NCBI GenBank assembly: GCA_036653035.1
Contig: JAVVUU010000001.1
Location: 3,524-67,523 of the forward strand
DNA from: Oscillospiraceae bacterium
GTDB lineage: Bacteria; Bacillota; Clostridia; Oscillospirales; Oscillospiraceae
Length of the DNA stretch: 64,000 bases
Reading direction: 5' to 3'
Position numbers and translations under genes: made by a program. The notes under the pieces are model-generated. The model was not told the origin of the DNA. It worked only from the letters and a program-made list of their open reading frames with translations, and searched no databases. Below are positions 55,630 to 63,397 of this stretch, in pieces (the stretch's first letter is position 1; each line of letters starts with the position of its first letter).

Positions 55630-56439
55630 TTAGCAGCAATCGTTTGAGCAGTTCCCGCCTGTGCATTTTTGAGGGTTGCCGTTTGGTGGAAAGAAATCGT
55701 CAACAGGGAAGGGGATGTGGCCGAACAGCACGCAGGGATCCTCCTCGCCGCCACCTCCGGCACATTCCTTGTTGGGAATGCAATAATCGTAAATCGGCAT
55801 GAGGAGCTGAGTGTCGCGCTCAAGTCTGATTATCGAAAATTGTCCCAGTGTTACATATAGGTGCTTGCAGGTGTGCATTGTGACAAGGTCATCGTCAAAG
55901 CAATCGGAGATTTCATTGGGAATTGCGCGTCTTTCACACTCCGGCTCATCGTGGTGGTGCGCTTCAACAATTTTCATAGAGAGCGCAAGCGGGTCAACCA
56001 CTTCGACTACCGCAGTTGGCAGGCTGCCGTGACAGCCGCATCTGTTTTCACATTTTCGTGAGCTAAAGACCTTTGAGCTTCCCTCGCTGCCAAAGAGAAC
56101 CACTCGCTTTTCGAATACCGCAAGTCCGCTTACCTCCTTGTCGCATGGGAATGCTTCGCCGCTAACCTTATAGAAATAGGTTACGTCAACTGTGTAGCAG
56201 CCGCGATTGAAATTGATTTCTTCCACTTTCACATCCGCAAAAAGGAGCCTTGCCGAGCGTGGTCTTATGCTAAACGCCGTTTCAATAACCGCTTGCGAAC
56301 CGCAGGTAGGGTAAACCCGCAGGTCTTCAATACAGTCTTTATCCTTACAGCTATCGAATATTTTGCTTGTGTGTATACATACCGCTTCGCGGATACATTC
56401 CGGGTTGGCGGTCGGCGCGGACATATTTTTTTCTGCCAT
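55630..56439 (-). CDS. cysteine-rich protein of unknown function (20 Cys in 269 aa; candidate late-sporulation/coat protein)
   Basis: AGGAGGA RBS 7 nt upstream of the ATG. No signal peptide or TM helix. Cys clusters at both ends (PECIREAVCIHTSKIFDSCKDKDC ... KCTGGNCSNDCC) and an HHH run. I recognise no family. Confidence 0.6.
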   Translation of the reverse strand: MAEKNMSAPTANPECIREAVCIHTSKIFDSCKDKDCIEDLRVYPTCGSQAVIETAFSIRPRSARLLFADVKVEEINFNRGCYTVDVTYFYKVSGEAFPCDKEVSGLAVFEKRVVLFGSEGSSKVFSSRKCENRCGCHGSLPTAVVEVVDPLALSMKIVEAHHHDEPECERRAIPNEISDCFDDDLVTMHTCKHLYVTLGQFSIIRLERDTQLLMPIYDYCIPNKECAGGGGEEDPCVLFGHIPFPVDDFFPPNGNPQKCTGGNCSNDCC

Positions 56440-56481
56440 TACTGTTCCTCCTGACCATAGATTTTTTGCTGTTCTTCGTTA

Positions 56482-56509
56482 TAGTCTATGCGAAAAAAAT
56501 GCGATTGTG
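56482..56509 (-). promoter_or_regulatory. sigma-K-like promoter upstream of the Cys-rich gene
   Basis: The minus strand reads cAC, 16-nt spacer, CATAGACTA, matching the AC-N16/17-CATAnnnTA sigma-K consensus. The -10 ends about 40 nt before the ATG. Confidence 0.4.
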
Positions 56510-56520
56510 AAAACAATTAT

Positions 56521-56549
56521 TTGACGAAAAGGTTGAAAAGCTATATAAT
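56521..56549 (+). promoter_or_regulatory. predicted sigma-70-type promoter of DUF4364-asnA
   Basis: TTGACG, 17-nt spacer, TATAAT. Confidence 0.6.
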
Positions 56550-56598
56550 GATGGCCTTAGGTATACGGTTTGCAATTTATTTTTTGGAGGGATAGCTC

Positions 56599-57123
56599 AT
56601 GGACAGGCTTGGATTCATTCACGAAAAACTTGACATCAAAATTCTAATCCTCTTTGTGCTTCGCCGCCTGCCCGCCGCCGTCAGCTTTGAAGTCTTATCG
56701 GACCTCATTCTCATTGACGACGGCTTCGATTATTTTGACTACACCCAATGCCTTACAGAGCTTATCGACACCGGCCACATCGAACTAACTGATGATGGCT
56801 ACAAAATCACAAAAAAGGGCGCAGACCACGGTGATGCGGTCGAGAGCAGCATTCCCTATTCCGTCCGCACAAAGGCCGAGCAAATGGCCAAGCCGCTCAT
56901 AGAAAAAATGAAGCGCGATGCCCTAATCGGAACCTCACACAAGCCGCTTCAATCCGGTGGAAACAAGGTTCGTCTAACTCTTTCCGATGGCATCGGTGAA
57001 ATTCTCTCCCTTGCCATCCTCACCTCCGACGAGGAGCAATCAAAACGTATCGAAAAGTATTTTCGCAGTGACGCCGAGGGTGTCTATCACAAAATCATTG
57101 AGCTACTCACCCCCGAAAAATAA
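56599..57123 (+). CDS. DUF4364-family protein (PadR-like winged-helix fold, putative regulator)
   Basis: LDIKILILFVLRRLPAAVSFEVLSDLIL...YFDYTQCLTELIDTGHI resembles the DUF4364 N-terminal wHTH. 174 aa. Confidence 0.65.
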   Translation: MDRLGFIHEKLDIKILILFVLRRLPAAVSFEVLSDLILIDDGFDYFDYTQCLTELIDTGHIELTDDGYKITKKGADHGDAVESSIPYSVRTKAEQMAKPLIEKMKRDALIGTSHKPLQSGGNKVRLTLSDGIGEILSLAILTSDEEQSKRIEKYFRSDAEGVYHKIIELLTPEK

Positions 57124-57141
57124 TTTGAAGGACTGATAACA

Positions 57142-58152
57142 ATGAACACTATTATTCCTCCCGGCTACAAGAGCACCTTGGGAATTTATGATACGCAAAA
57201 GGCAATCGGCCTGCTAAATCGCATTTTTGCCGACCGTCTTGCAGTTGCGCTCAACCTCTACCGCGTTTCCGCTCCTCTGTTTGTGCCCGGAAATTCAGGA
57301 CTTAATGACGACCTCAACGGTGTTGAGCGCCCCGTTTCTTTCGATATTGCCAACACCGATACAATAGCTCAGGTTGTGCAATCACTTGCAAAATGGAAGC
57401 GAGTTGCCCTAAAGCGCTACGATTTTTACCCCGGAAAGGGCATCTACGCCGACATGAACGCCATCCGCCGCGATGAAGACCTTGACAACCTCCACTCCGT
57501 ATACGTTGACCAGTGGGATTGGGAAAAGGTCATTGACGCAAAGGACAGAAACCTTGAATTTCTCAAGGCCGCCGTTGAAAAAATAGTTGGTGCAATTTGC
57601 GACACACAGGACACAATGCAGTCCATATACCCCCAGCTTGCTCTTTTCGGCAAGCTTAATCGTGATGTAAAATTCATTACGGCGCAAGAGCTTGAGGATT
57701 TATATCCCACGCTTACCCCAAAGGAGCGCGAAAACAAAATCGTCCGTGAATTTGGCACCGTTTTTATCATGTGCATTGGCGGAGCGCTTCGCTCCGGTGC
57801 CCCACACGACGGCCGCGCCCCCGATTACGACGATTGGTCGCTAAACGGCGACATTCTCTTTTACTACGAACCCCTAGGTTGCGCAATGGAAATTTCCTCC
57901 ATGGGAGTTCGTGTTGACCCCGAAGCGTTGGACAGGCAGCTAACCCTTTCGGGCTGCGATAACCGCCGCGAGCTTATGTACCACAAAGCACTTTTGGCGG
58001 GCGAGCTTCCTTTGACAATAGGCGGAGGAATAGGGCAGTCACGTCTTTGTATGCTCCTCCTGCAAAAGGTTCACATTGGCGAGGTGCAAACCTCCGTTTG
58101 GGACGAGCAAACAATTTCCGCCTGCGAGAGTGCAGGAGTAATGCTTCTGTAA
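57142..58152 (+). CDS. asnA: aspartate--ammonia ligase (ammonia-dependent asparagine synthetase A)
   Basis: SLAKWKR, HSVYVDQWDWEKV, DGRAPDYDDWSLNGDIL and GGGIGQSRLCMLLLQKVHIGEVQ. Confidence 0.95.
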   Translation: MNTIIPPGYKSTLGIYDTQKAIGLLNRIFADRLAVALNLYRVSAPLFVPGNSGLNDDLNGVERPVSFDIANTDTIAQVVQSLAKWKRVALKRYDFYPGKGIYADMNAIRRDEDLDNLHSVYVDQWDWEKVIDAKDRNLEFLKAAVEKIVGAICDTQDTMQSIYPQLALFGKLNRDVKFITAQELEDLYPTLTPKERENKIVREFGTVFIMCIGGALRSGAPHDGRAPDYDDWSLNGDILFYYEPLGCAMEISSMGVRVDPEALDRQLTLSGCDNRRELMYHKALLAGELPLTIGGGIGQSRLCMLLLQKVHIGEVQTSVWDEQTISACESAGVMLL

Positions 58153-58161
58153 TCAAGCAGC

Positions 58162-58200
58162 ATACCATAGCCGCAACGCGGCGTTATGGTATATTATTTA
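58162..58200 (+). terminator. intrinsic terminator after asnA
   Basis: ataccatagccgc / gcggcgttatggtat stem (small bulge) followed by attattta. Confidence 0.6.
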
Positions 58201-58287
58201 AATTGTGTATAATAGCTGCTTGCAGATATTATATGATATGCCGCAGCAATTGAAATAAAACGCTATATTAAATTATTGCCGAAACAG

Positions 58288-58353
58288 ACAATGTGCCATC
58301 AAAACCGTCAACACGATTTTGATGGCACATTGTGCTGTTATGTTGGTTTTTTT
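58288..58353 (+). other. orphan 17-bp hairpin with downstream T-run (terminator-like; possible small-RNA 3' end)
   Basis: acaatgtgccatcaaaa / ttttgatggcacattgt perfect stem with a 12-nt loop, then gctgttatgttggttttttt. No CDS ends nearby. Confidence 0.4.
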
Positions 58354-58460
58354 GTGAAAATATAAGCTGTTTTACCGGTAATTCTATACGTTTGTGACGT
58401 TTGCGATAATATGTGAAAACACAAATCCATGTAAAATTTTAAGAGAAAAACCGTATATCC

Positions 58461-58495
58461 TCATAATTGCAATTATGAAAGGGGTAGACTACAAT
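58461..58495 (+). promoter_or_regulatory. predicted SDR promoter overlapped by a perfect 18-bp palindrome (operator candidate)
   Basis: TCATAATTGCAATTATGA (58461-58478) is its own reverse complement. It contains the -35 TTGCAA (58467-58472); a 17-nt spacer then leads to TACAAT (58490-58495). Confidence 0.5.
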
Positions 58496-58555
58496 GTTGG
58501 TAGCGGTAAACCGGAAAACGGTTGAACCAAAACAAATTTTAAGGAGCGCCATATT

Positions 58556-59332
58556 ATGAGCAATTTATTTGATTTAACGGGTAAAGTGGCAGTTGTAACC
58601 GGAGCGTCGTCCGGCTTGGGAGCAGACGCAGGCTTGGCATATGCGGAGGCCGGAGCCGATGTAGCTCTTTTGGCTCGCCGCATTGAAAAATTAGAAGAAG
58701 TTAAGGCACAAATCGAAAAAACCGGCAGACGCGTTATCGCTGTTTCCTGTGATGTAACCGATGAAGAAAGCGTCAAGAAAGCTGTTCAAACGGTTCTCGA
58801 CTATTTCGGAAAAATCGACATTTTGATGAATAATGCCGGCGTCGCCGTTAGAGGCGGAGTTGACACACTTGAGCAGGAGGATTGGGACAGATCCTTCAAT
58901 ACAAACGTAAAGGGAATTTACCTTGTAAGTAAATATGTCGTTCCTAAAATGATTGAAAGAGGCTATGGCAAAATCGTCAATGTATCCTCAGTCAATGCCA
59001 TTGTTGCTGATAAGGAAGATACCTTCATCCGCCATTCCTACAACGCCTCCAAGGCCGCAGTTCTCGGACTAACCAAGGGCATGGCAGCTTCCTATGCAAA
59101 GAACGGTATAACAGTAAACGCTGTTGGTCCCGCGCTTTTCGAAACCGAAATGACCTCTGCAAAGCTCTTCCAATCACAGGAATTTTTGGGCTACTATTCG
59201 CACATGAACCCCACAGGTCGCCCGGGAAACCGCGGCGAGCTGAATGGCTCCGTGCTGTTTCTCTCCTCCGACGCATCCTCCTATGTCCAAGGCCAATTTA
59301 TCATAGTTGACGGCGGCGCTTCCATCGTATAA
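58556..59332 (+). CDS. short-chain dehydrogenase/reductase (gluconate 5-dehydrogenase / 3-oxoacyl reductase-like)
   Basis: VTGASSGLG, NNAG and YNASKAAV (YxxxK). 258 aa. Confidence 0.88.
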   Translation: MSNLFDLTGKVAVVTGASSGLGADAGLAYAEAGADVALLARRIEKLEEVKAQIEKTGRRVIAVSCDVTDEESVKKAVQTVLDYFGKIDILMNNAGVAVRGGVDTLEQEDWDRSFNTNVKGIYLVSKYVVPKMIERGYGKIVNVSSVNAIVADKEDTFIRHSYNASKAAVLGLTKGMAASYAKNGITVNAVGPALFETEMTSAKLFQSQEFLGYYSHMNPTGRPGNRGELNGSVLFLSSDASSYVQGQFIIVDGGASIV

Positions 59333-59366
59333 TTTATAATATTTTGTTGAAAAATGTCAATTTCAC

Positions 59367-59410
59367 AAAAAACGGACTTCCCACAATATGCGTGGGAAGT
59401 CCGTTTTTGT
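59367..59410. terminator. bidirectional intrinsic terminator between the SDR gene and convergent ackA
   Basis: aaaaaacggacttcccac / gtgggaagtccgtttttgt stem. Confidence 0.85.
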
Positions 59411-59428
59411 TATTAGATTGAAAAGCTC

Positions 59429-60625
59429 TTATGCGTTTACAATTTCCTTGGTATCTCTTGCGATTACAAGCTCCTCGTTTGTGGGGATTACGAGCATCTT
59501 GACTTTGCTGTCGTCTGTGGAAATAACAGCTTCCTTGCCGCGGCCTGCGTTTCTCTCGTTGTCAAGAGTGCAGCCGAGATAGGTGAAGTATTTTGCAATT
59601 TCAGCTCTTGTGCCCTTGCTGTTTTCGCCGATGCCGGCGGTGAAGATGATGGCGTCAACGCCGTTCATTGCGGCAACATAGGAGCCAACAACCTTTGCAA
59701 CGCTGTAATGGAAAATATCGAGTGCAAGTCTTGCGCGCTTGTTGCCCGCATCTGCTGCGTTGTCAAGGTCGCGGAAGTCGCTGGAAACGCCGGAAACGCC
59801 GAGAACGCCGGACTTCTTGTTGAGGATGGTCATTACCTCGTCAATGCCGATTTTGTATTTGTTCATGATAAATTGAATTACGCCGCTGTCCAAATCACCG
59901 CAGCGTGTGCCCATTGGCAAACCGACAAGGGGAGTGAAGCCCATGGAGGTATCAACACATTTGCCGCCGTCGATGGCGCAGATGGAGCTTCCGTTGCCCA
60001 TGTGGCAGGAAACGAGCTTGAGGCTCTCGAGGGGCTTGCCGAGCATTGCGGCGGCACGGCCTGCAACATAGCGGTGGCTGGTGCCGTGGAAGCCGTAGCG
60101 ACGGATTTTGTCGTTTTCGTAGTATTCATAGGGAATGGCATAGGTGTATGCCTTGCCGGGCATGGTTTGATGGAAGGCGGTATCGAAAACAGCGACTTGG
60201 GGAACATTGCCCATAACCTTTTTGCAGGCATTGATGCCTGTGATGTTTGCGGGGTTGTGGAGGGGGGCAAGGGGAGTGCAGTCGTCGATTGCCTTTAGCA
60301 CCTCATCGTTGATTAGGACAGCGGAGGAGAATGCCTCGCCGCCGTGAACAACGCGGTGGCCAACGGCGTTAATTTCGGACATTGAAGCGACAACGCCAAA
60401 TTCCTTGCTTGTCAGCTTTTCGATAACAGCGGCAATTGCCTCACCGTGTGTGGGCAGGGCGACATCCTGATCGAACTCGGGATTGCCGTTTAGAGGGGTG
60501 TGCTTTAGGTGTCCGTCAATTCCGATGCGCTCGCAAAGACCCTTTGCCAAAACCTTTTCGCCCTCCATATCAAAGAGCTGATACTTTAAAGAAGAGCTTC
60601 CGGCGTTAATGACTAAAATTTTCAT
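59429..60625 (-). CDS. ackA: acetate kinase
   Basis: Start at ATG 60625 (MKILVINAGSSSLKYQLF). HRVVHGG, FDTAFHQT, YGFHGTSH and GIGENS. Confidence 0.96.
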   Translation of the reverse strand: MKILVINAGSSSLKYQLFDMEGEKVLAKGLCERIGIDGHLKHTPLNGNPEFDQDVALPTHGEAIAAVIEKLTSKEFGVVASMSEINAVGHRVVHGGEAFSSAVLINDEVLKAIDDCTPLAPLHNPANITGINACKKVMGNVPQVAVFDTAFHQTMPGKAYTYAIPYEYYENDKIRRYGFHGTSHRYVAGRAAAMLGKPLESLKLVSCHMGNGSSICAIDGGKCVDTSMGFTPLVGLPMGTRCGDLDSGVIQFIMNKYKIGIDEVMTILNKKSGVLGVSGVSSDFRDLDNAADAGNKRARLALDIFHYSVAKVVGSYVAAMNGVDAIIFTAGIGENSKGTRAEIAKYFTYLGCTLDNERNAGRGKEAVISTDDSKVKMLVIPTNEELVIARDTKEIVNA

Positions 60626-60797
60626 GTTATTTCCCTTTCCTGTTGTAATCTTCATAATTAAAATGTAAAATAGTAGTTATTGAAATTACTATATAAACAC
60701 ATACCTTGTTATTCTAAGCCTATCTTGTCCAAAAAATCAAGGCTTTTTCACATTTTTAAGTATTTTTGTCCTAATGTTTGCAAAAAGGAGTCACAAT

Positions 60798-61982
60798 ATG
60801 AAAATATTGGGAATTATTGCCGAGTACAACCCATTTCACAACGGTCACAAGCTCCACATTGAGGAGAGTAAAAAAGCAATTCCACGCGACTGCGCCGTAG
60901 TTTGCGTTATGTCTGGTGATTTTGTCCAGAGGGGCGAGGCCGCGGCCTTTTCAAAGCACGTTCGTGCCGAAGCTGCAATAAAAGGCGGAGCCGACCTTGT
61001 TTTGGAGCTTCCGTTGCCATGGGCGCTCTCCTCCGCAGAGGGCTTTGCACGGGGCGCTGTTGGTCTTTTGGGACAGCTTGGCTGTGTCGATTACTTGAGC
61101 TTTGGAAGCGAATGCGGTGATATTGACAGCCTTTCCGTCCTTGCAACCGCGCTTATGGACCCGGGTCTTGACGTGCTTATCCGAAAGGAGCTTGAAGCCG
61201 GCATCTCATATGCCGCCGCGCGGCAAAAAGCGCTTGAGCACGATTTAGGTCAGCTCGCCTCATACCTTGAAGCGCCAAACAACATTCTTGCCGTCGAATA
61301 CCTAAAGGCGATTTTCAATCAGCGTCTGCACATCGAGCCTATAACAATTACCCGAGTCGGTGCAGGGCACGACAAGCCCGGCGGCTCCGCTTCCGATGTC
61401 CGCACACTGCTCAGTGCGGGCAAATCAATTCACGCCCTTGTCCCGCGCGAGGTAAATTCGGTTTTTCGCCGCGAATCCGAAAAGGGGAGAGGGCCTGTCG
61501 GCATGAACGCCCTCGAATGTGCCATTCTATCGCGGCTTCGTATGCTTGACGAAGCCGCCTATAACGCTCTGCCGGACGCAGGCGAGGGGCTGGGCAACCG
61601 CCTATTTGCCGCCGCAACGGATGAATCCACCTTGGACGGCATAATCGCCGCCGCGAAAACCAAGCGCTATGCACTCTCCCGAATTCGCCGTATGTGTATG
61701 TGCGCCGCGCTTGGAATTAAAGCGGGGGATGCGCAGGGCTTGCCGCCATATGCGCGCGTGCTCGCCGCAAACGAAATGGGCAGGCAGGCATTAAAGCAAA
61801 TTGCGGAGCGCACACAAATTCCGATAATAACAAAGCCCGCCGCAGTCAACGATTTATCCAACGAATGCAAGGCACTTTTCAAACTCGAAAGCTCTGCACA
61901 CGACCTCTATGTTTTGGGCTACGCAGCAAAAGCAGAGCGCCGCGGGCATGAGGACTGGAGAATAAGCCCAACCATGCTATAA
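60798..61982 (+). CDS. tmcAL: tRNA(Met) cytidine acetate ligase (TmcAL / YlbM, DUF795 nucleotidyltransferase)
   Basis: ATG 60798 after AAGGAG. MKILGIIAEYNPFHNGHKLHI (HxGH), MSGDFVQRGE and NNILAVEYLKA. Confidence 0.85.
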   Translation: MKILGIIAEYNPFHNGHKLHIEESKKAIPRDCAVVCVMSGDFVQRGEAAAFSKHVRAEAAIKGGADLVLELPLPWALSSAEGFARGAVGLLGQLGCVDYLSFGSECGDIDSLSVLATALMDPGLDVLIRKELEAGISYAAARQKALEHDLGQLASYLEAPNNILAVEYLKAIFNQRLHIEPITITRVGAGHDKPGGSASDVRTLLSAGKSIHALVPREVNSVFRRESEKGRGPVGMNALECAILSRLRMLDEAAYNALPDAGEGLGNRLFAAATDESTLDGIIAAAKTKRYALSRIRRMCMCAALGIKAGDAQGLPPYARVLAANEMGRQALKQIAERTQIPIITKPAAVNDLSNECKALFKLESSAHDLYVLGYAAKAERRGHEDWRISPTML

Positions 61983-62123
61983 CACCGTTTTGCCAACAAG
62001 CTCCGGTTCTTTGGCCGAATTGCGGAATTTTAAGTTGCGTTGCTTGCTTTTTCTTGAGTTTTATTGTAGTATAAGCTGTATGTTTTTTTGCAGTGATTTT
62101 CAGCATATCTTTTAGGAGTTGTA

Positions 62124-63350
62124 ATGAAAAAAGTTATTTCAATGATTGTGGCTTTTTGCGCCGTGCTTGCCATAATCATTTTGTGTGTTGAACTTAATCG
62201 AAATCCCGCCCCCAAGCCTGCGGATGCAGATTCCGAAAACAAAACAATCAATATAGGAGTTTTTGAACCTCTCTCGGGTGACCGCGAGGCAGATGGTTTG
62301 CAGGAAGCTCTTGGCATCACCTATGCAAATTCAGTTTGCCCCGAGGTCAAAATCGGCGAAAACACCTACAGTATTCAGCTAATAAAGTCCGACAATAAAT
62401 CCGATATCACTCTTGCCCCCGCCGCCGCTCGAAACCTTTTAACGCACAATATTTCAGCCGTTTTGGGTTCCAGCGGCTCCGACCTTTCCGCTGCGTGTGC
62501 AGATATTTTCAACGAAGCCAACACCCCCTTCATTGGAATTTCAGGAACAAGCTCCGTAATTACCGAAAGCCGCAAAAACTGCTTCCACATCTGCTCGTCG
62601 GATGCCTTTCAGGGGCGCGTCATGGCAAATTTTGCCTACAGCCGCGGTCTTAGTGCCGCCGCCGTTATGACACAGGTGGGAGAGCCATATTCAATAGCAC
62701 TTGGCAAATATTTCAGCGAGGAATTTGTGCGTCTTGGCGGTAAAGTCAGCGAGTTTTCTTTCAACTCCGCTCAAAAAAACTTCCGCGATGTTTCAGCTAA
62801 AATCAAAAACGCCAAGGTAGACCTTGTTTTCATGCCATCCTCCGCCGAAACAGGCGGCGTGTTCATAAAGCAGGCAAGAAATAACGGACTGACCTGCCCG
62901 ATTATGGGCGGAAGCACATGGGACTGCGGCGCACTTATAACGGCAAGTGACAGGCACGGTAGGGAAGTCTTTTTCCCCTCCGAATTTGACGAAAACGACA
63001 AAAGCAATGTCCTTGGTGCGGAGTTTGCCATAAATTTCCGATCATGGCTCAAGGATGATGACGACCGCATCAAAGTCAACGGCGATGATGACTACATTTC
63101 TCCCGTTTCCGCGCTTGGCTATGACGCATATATGCTTACGGTTGAGGCAATTAAAAAAGCCGCCTCCACAGACCCTGCCAAAATTTCCGAAGCACTGCAA
63201 ACGCTTTCCTACGAGGGCACGGCAGGAAAAATTTCCTTCGACAAAGCCGGAACCCCCGGTAAAACCTCCGCATACATAAAGACGATTGACCCCAAAACGC
63301 AGAAATTCACAGTTCTTCAAACGAGCTCTGTGAGTGCGGAGAAAAAATAA
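62124..63350 (+). CDS. type-1 periplasmic-binding-fold substrate-binding protein (LivJ / branched-chain amino-acid-binding-like), N-terminally membrane-anchored
   Basis: N-terminal hydrophobic anchor. INIGVFEPLSGD, SAVLGSSGS and GKISFDKAGTP are typical of Peripla_BP_6 proteins. No cognate permease or ATPase gene is adjacent. Confidence 0.75.
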   Translation: MKKVISMIVAFCAVLAIIILCVELNRNPAPKPADADSENKTINIGVFEPLSGDREADGLQEALGITYANSVCPEVKIGENTYSIQLIKSDNKSDITLAPAAARNLLTHNISAVLGSSGSDLSAACADIFNEANTPFIGISGTSSVITESRKNCFHICSSDAFQGRVMANFAYSRGLSAAAVMTQVGEPYSIALGKYFSEEFVRLGGKVSEFSFNSAQKNFRDVSAKIKNAKVDLVFMPSSAETGGVFIKQARNNGLTCPIMGGSTWDCGALITASDRHGREVFFPSEFDENDKSNVLGAEFAINFRSWLKDDDDRIKVNGDDDYISPVSALGYDAYMLTVEAIKKAASTDPAKISEALQTLSYEGTAGKISFDKAGTPGKTSAYIKTIDPKTQKFTVLQTSSVSAEKK

Positions 63351-63353
63351 CTT

Positions 63354-63397
63354 AAAAAAACACGGACTGCGGAAATTTCCGCAGTCCGTGTTTTTTT
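63354..63397. terminator. bidirectional intrinsic terminator
   Basis: aaaaaaacacggactgcgga / tccgcagtccgtgttttttt stem. It overlaps the stop codon of the convergent minus-strand gene. Confidence 0.85.

Noticed and set aside
58291-58365. 24-codon ORF (MCHQNRQHDFDGTLCCYVGFFVKI) running through the orphan hairpin
   Set aside because: It has no RBS, and the ORF is a by-product of the palindromic stem sequence.
59708-60298. 196-aa ORF on the plus strand
   Set aside because: It lies entirely antisense to ackA. Its Gly/Ala/Val-rich, low-complexity translation is typical of the reverse frame of a codon-biased gene. It has no RBS.
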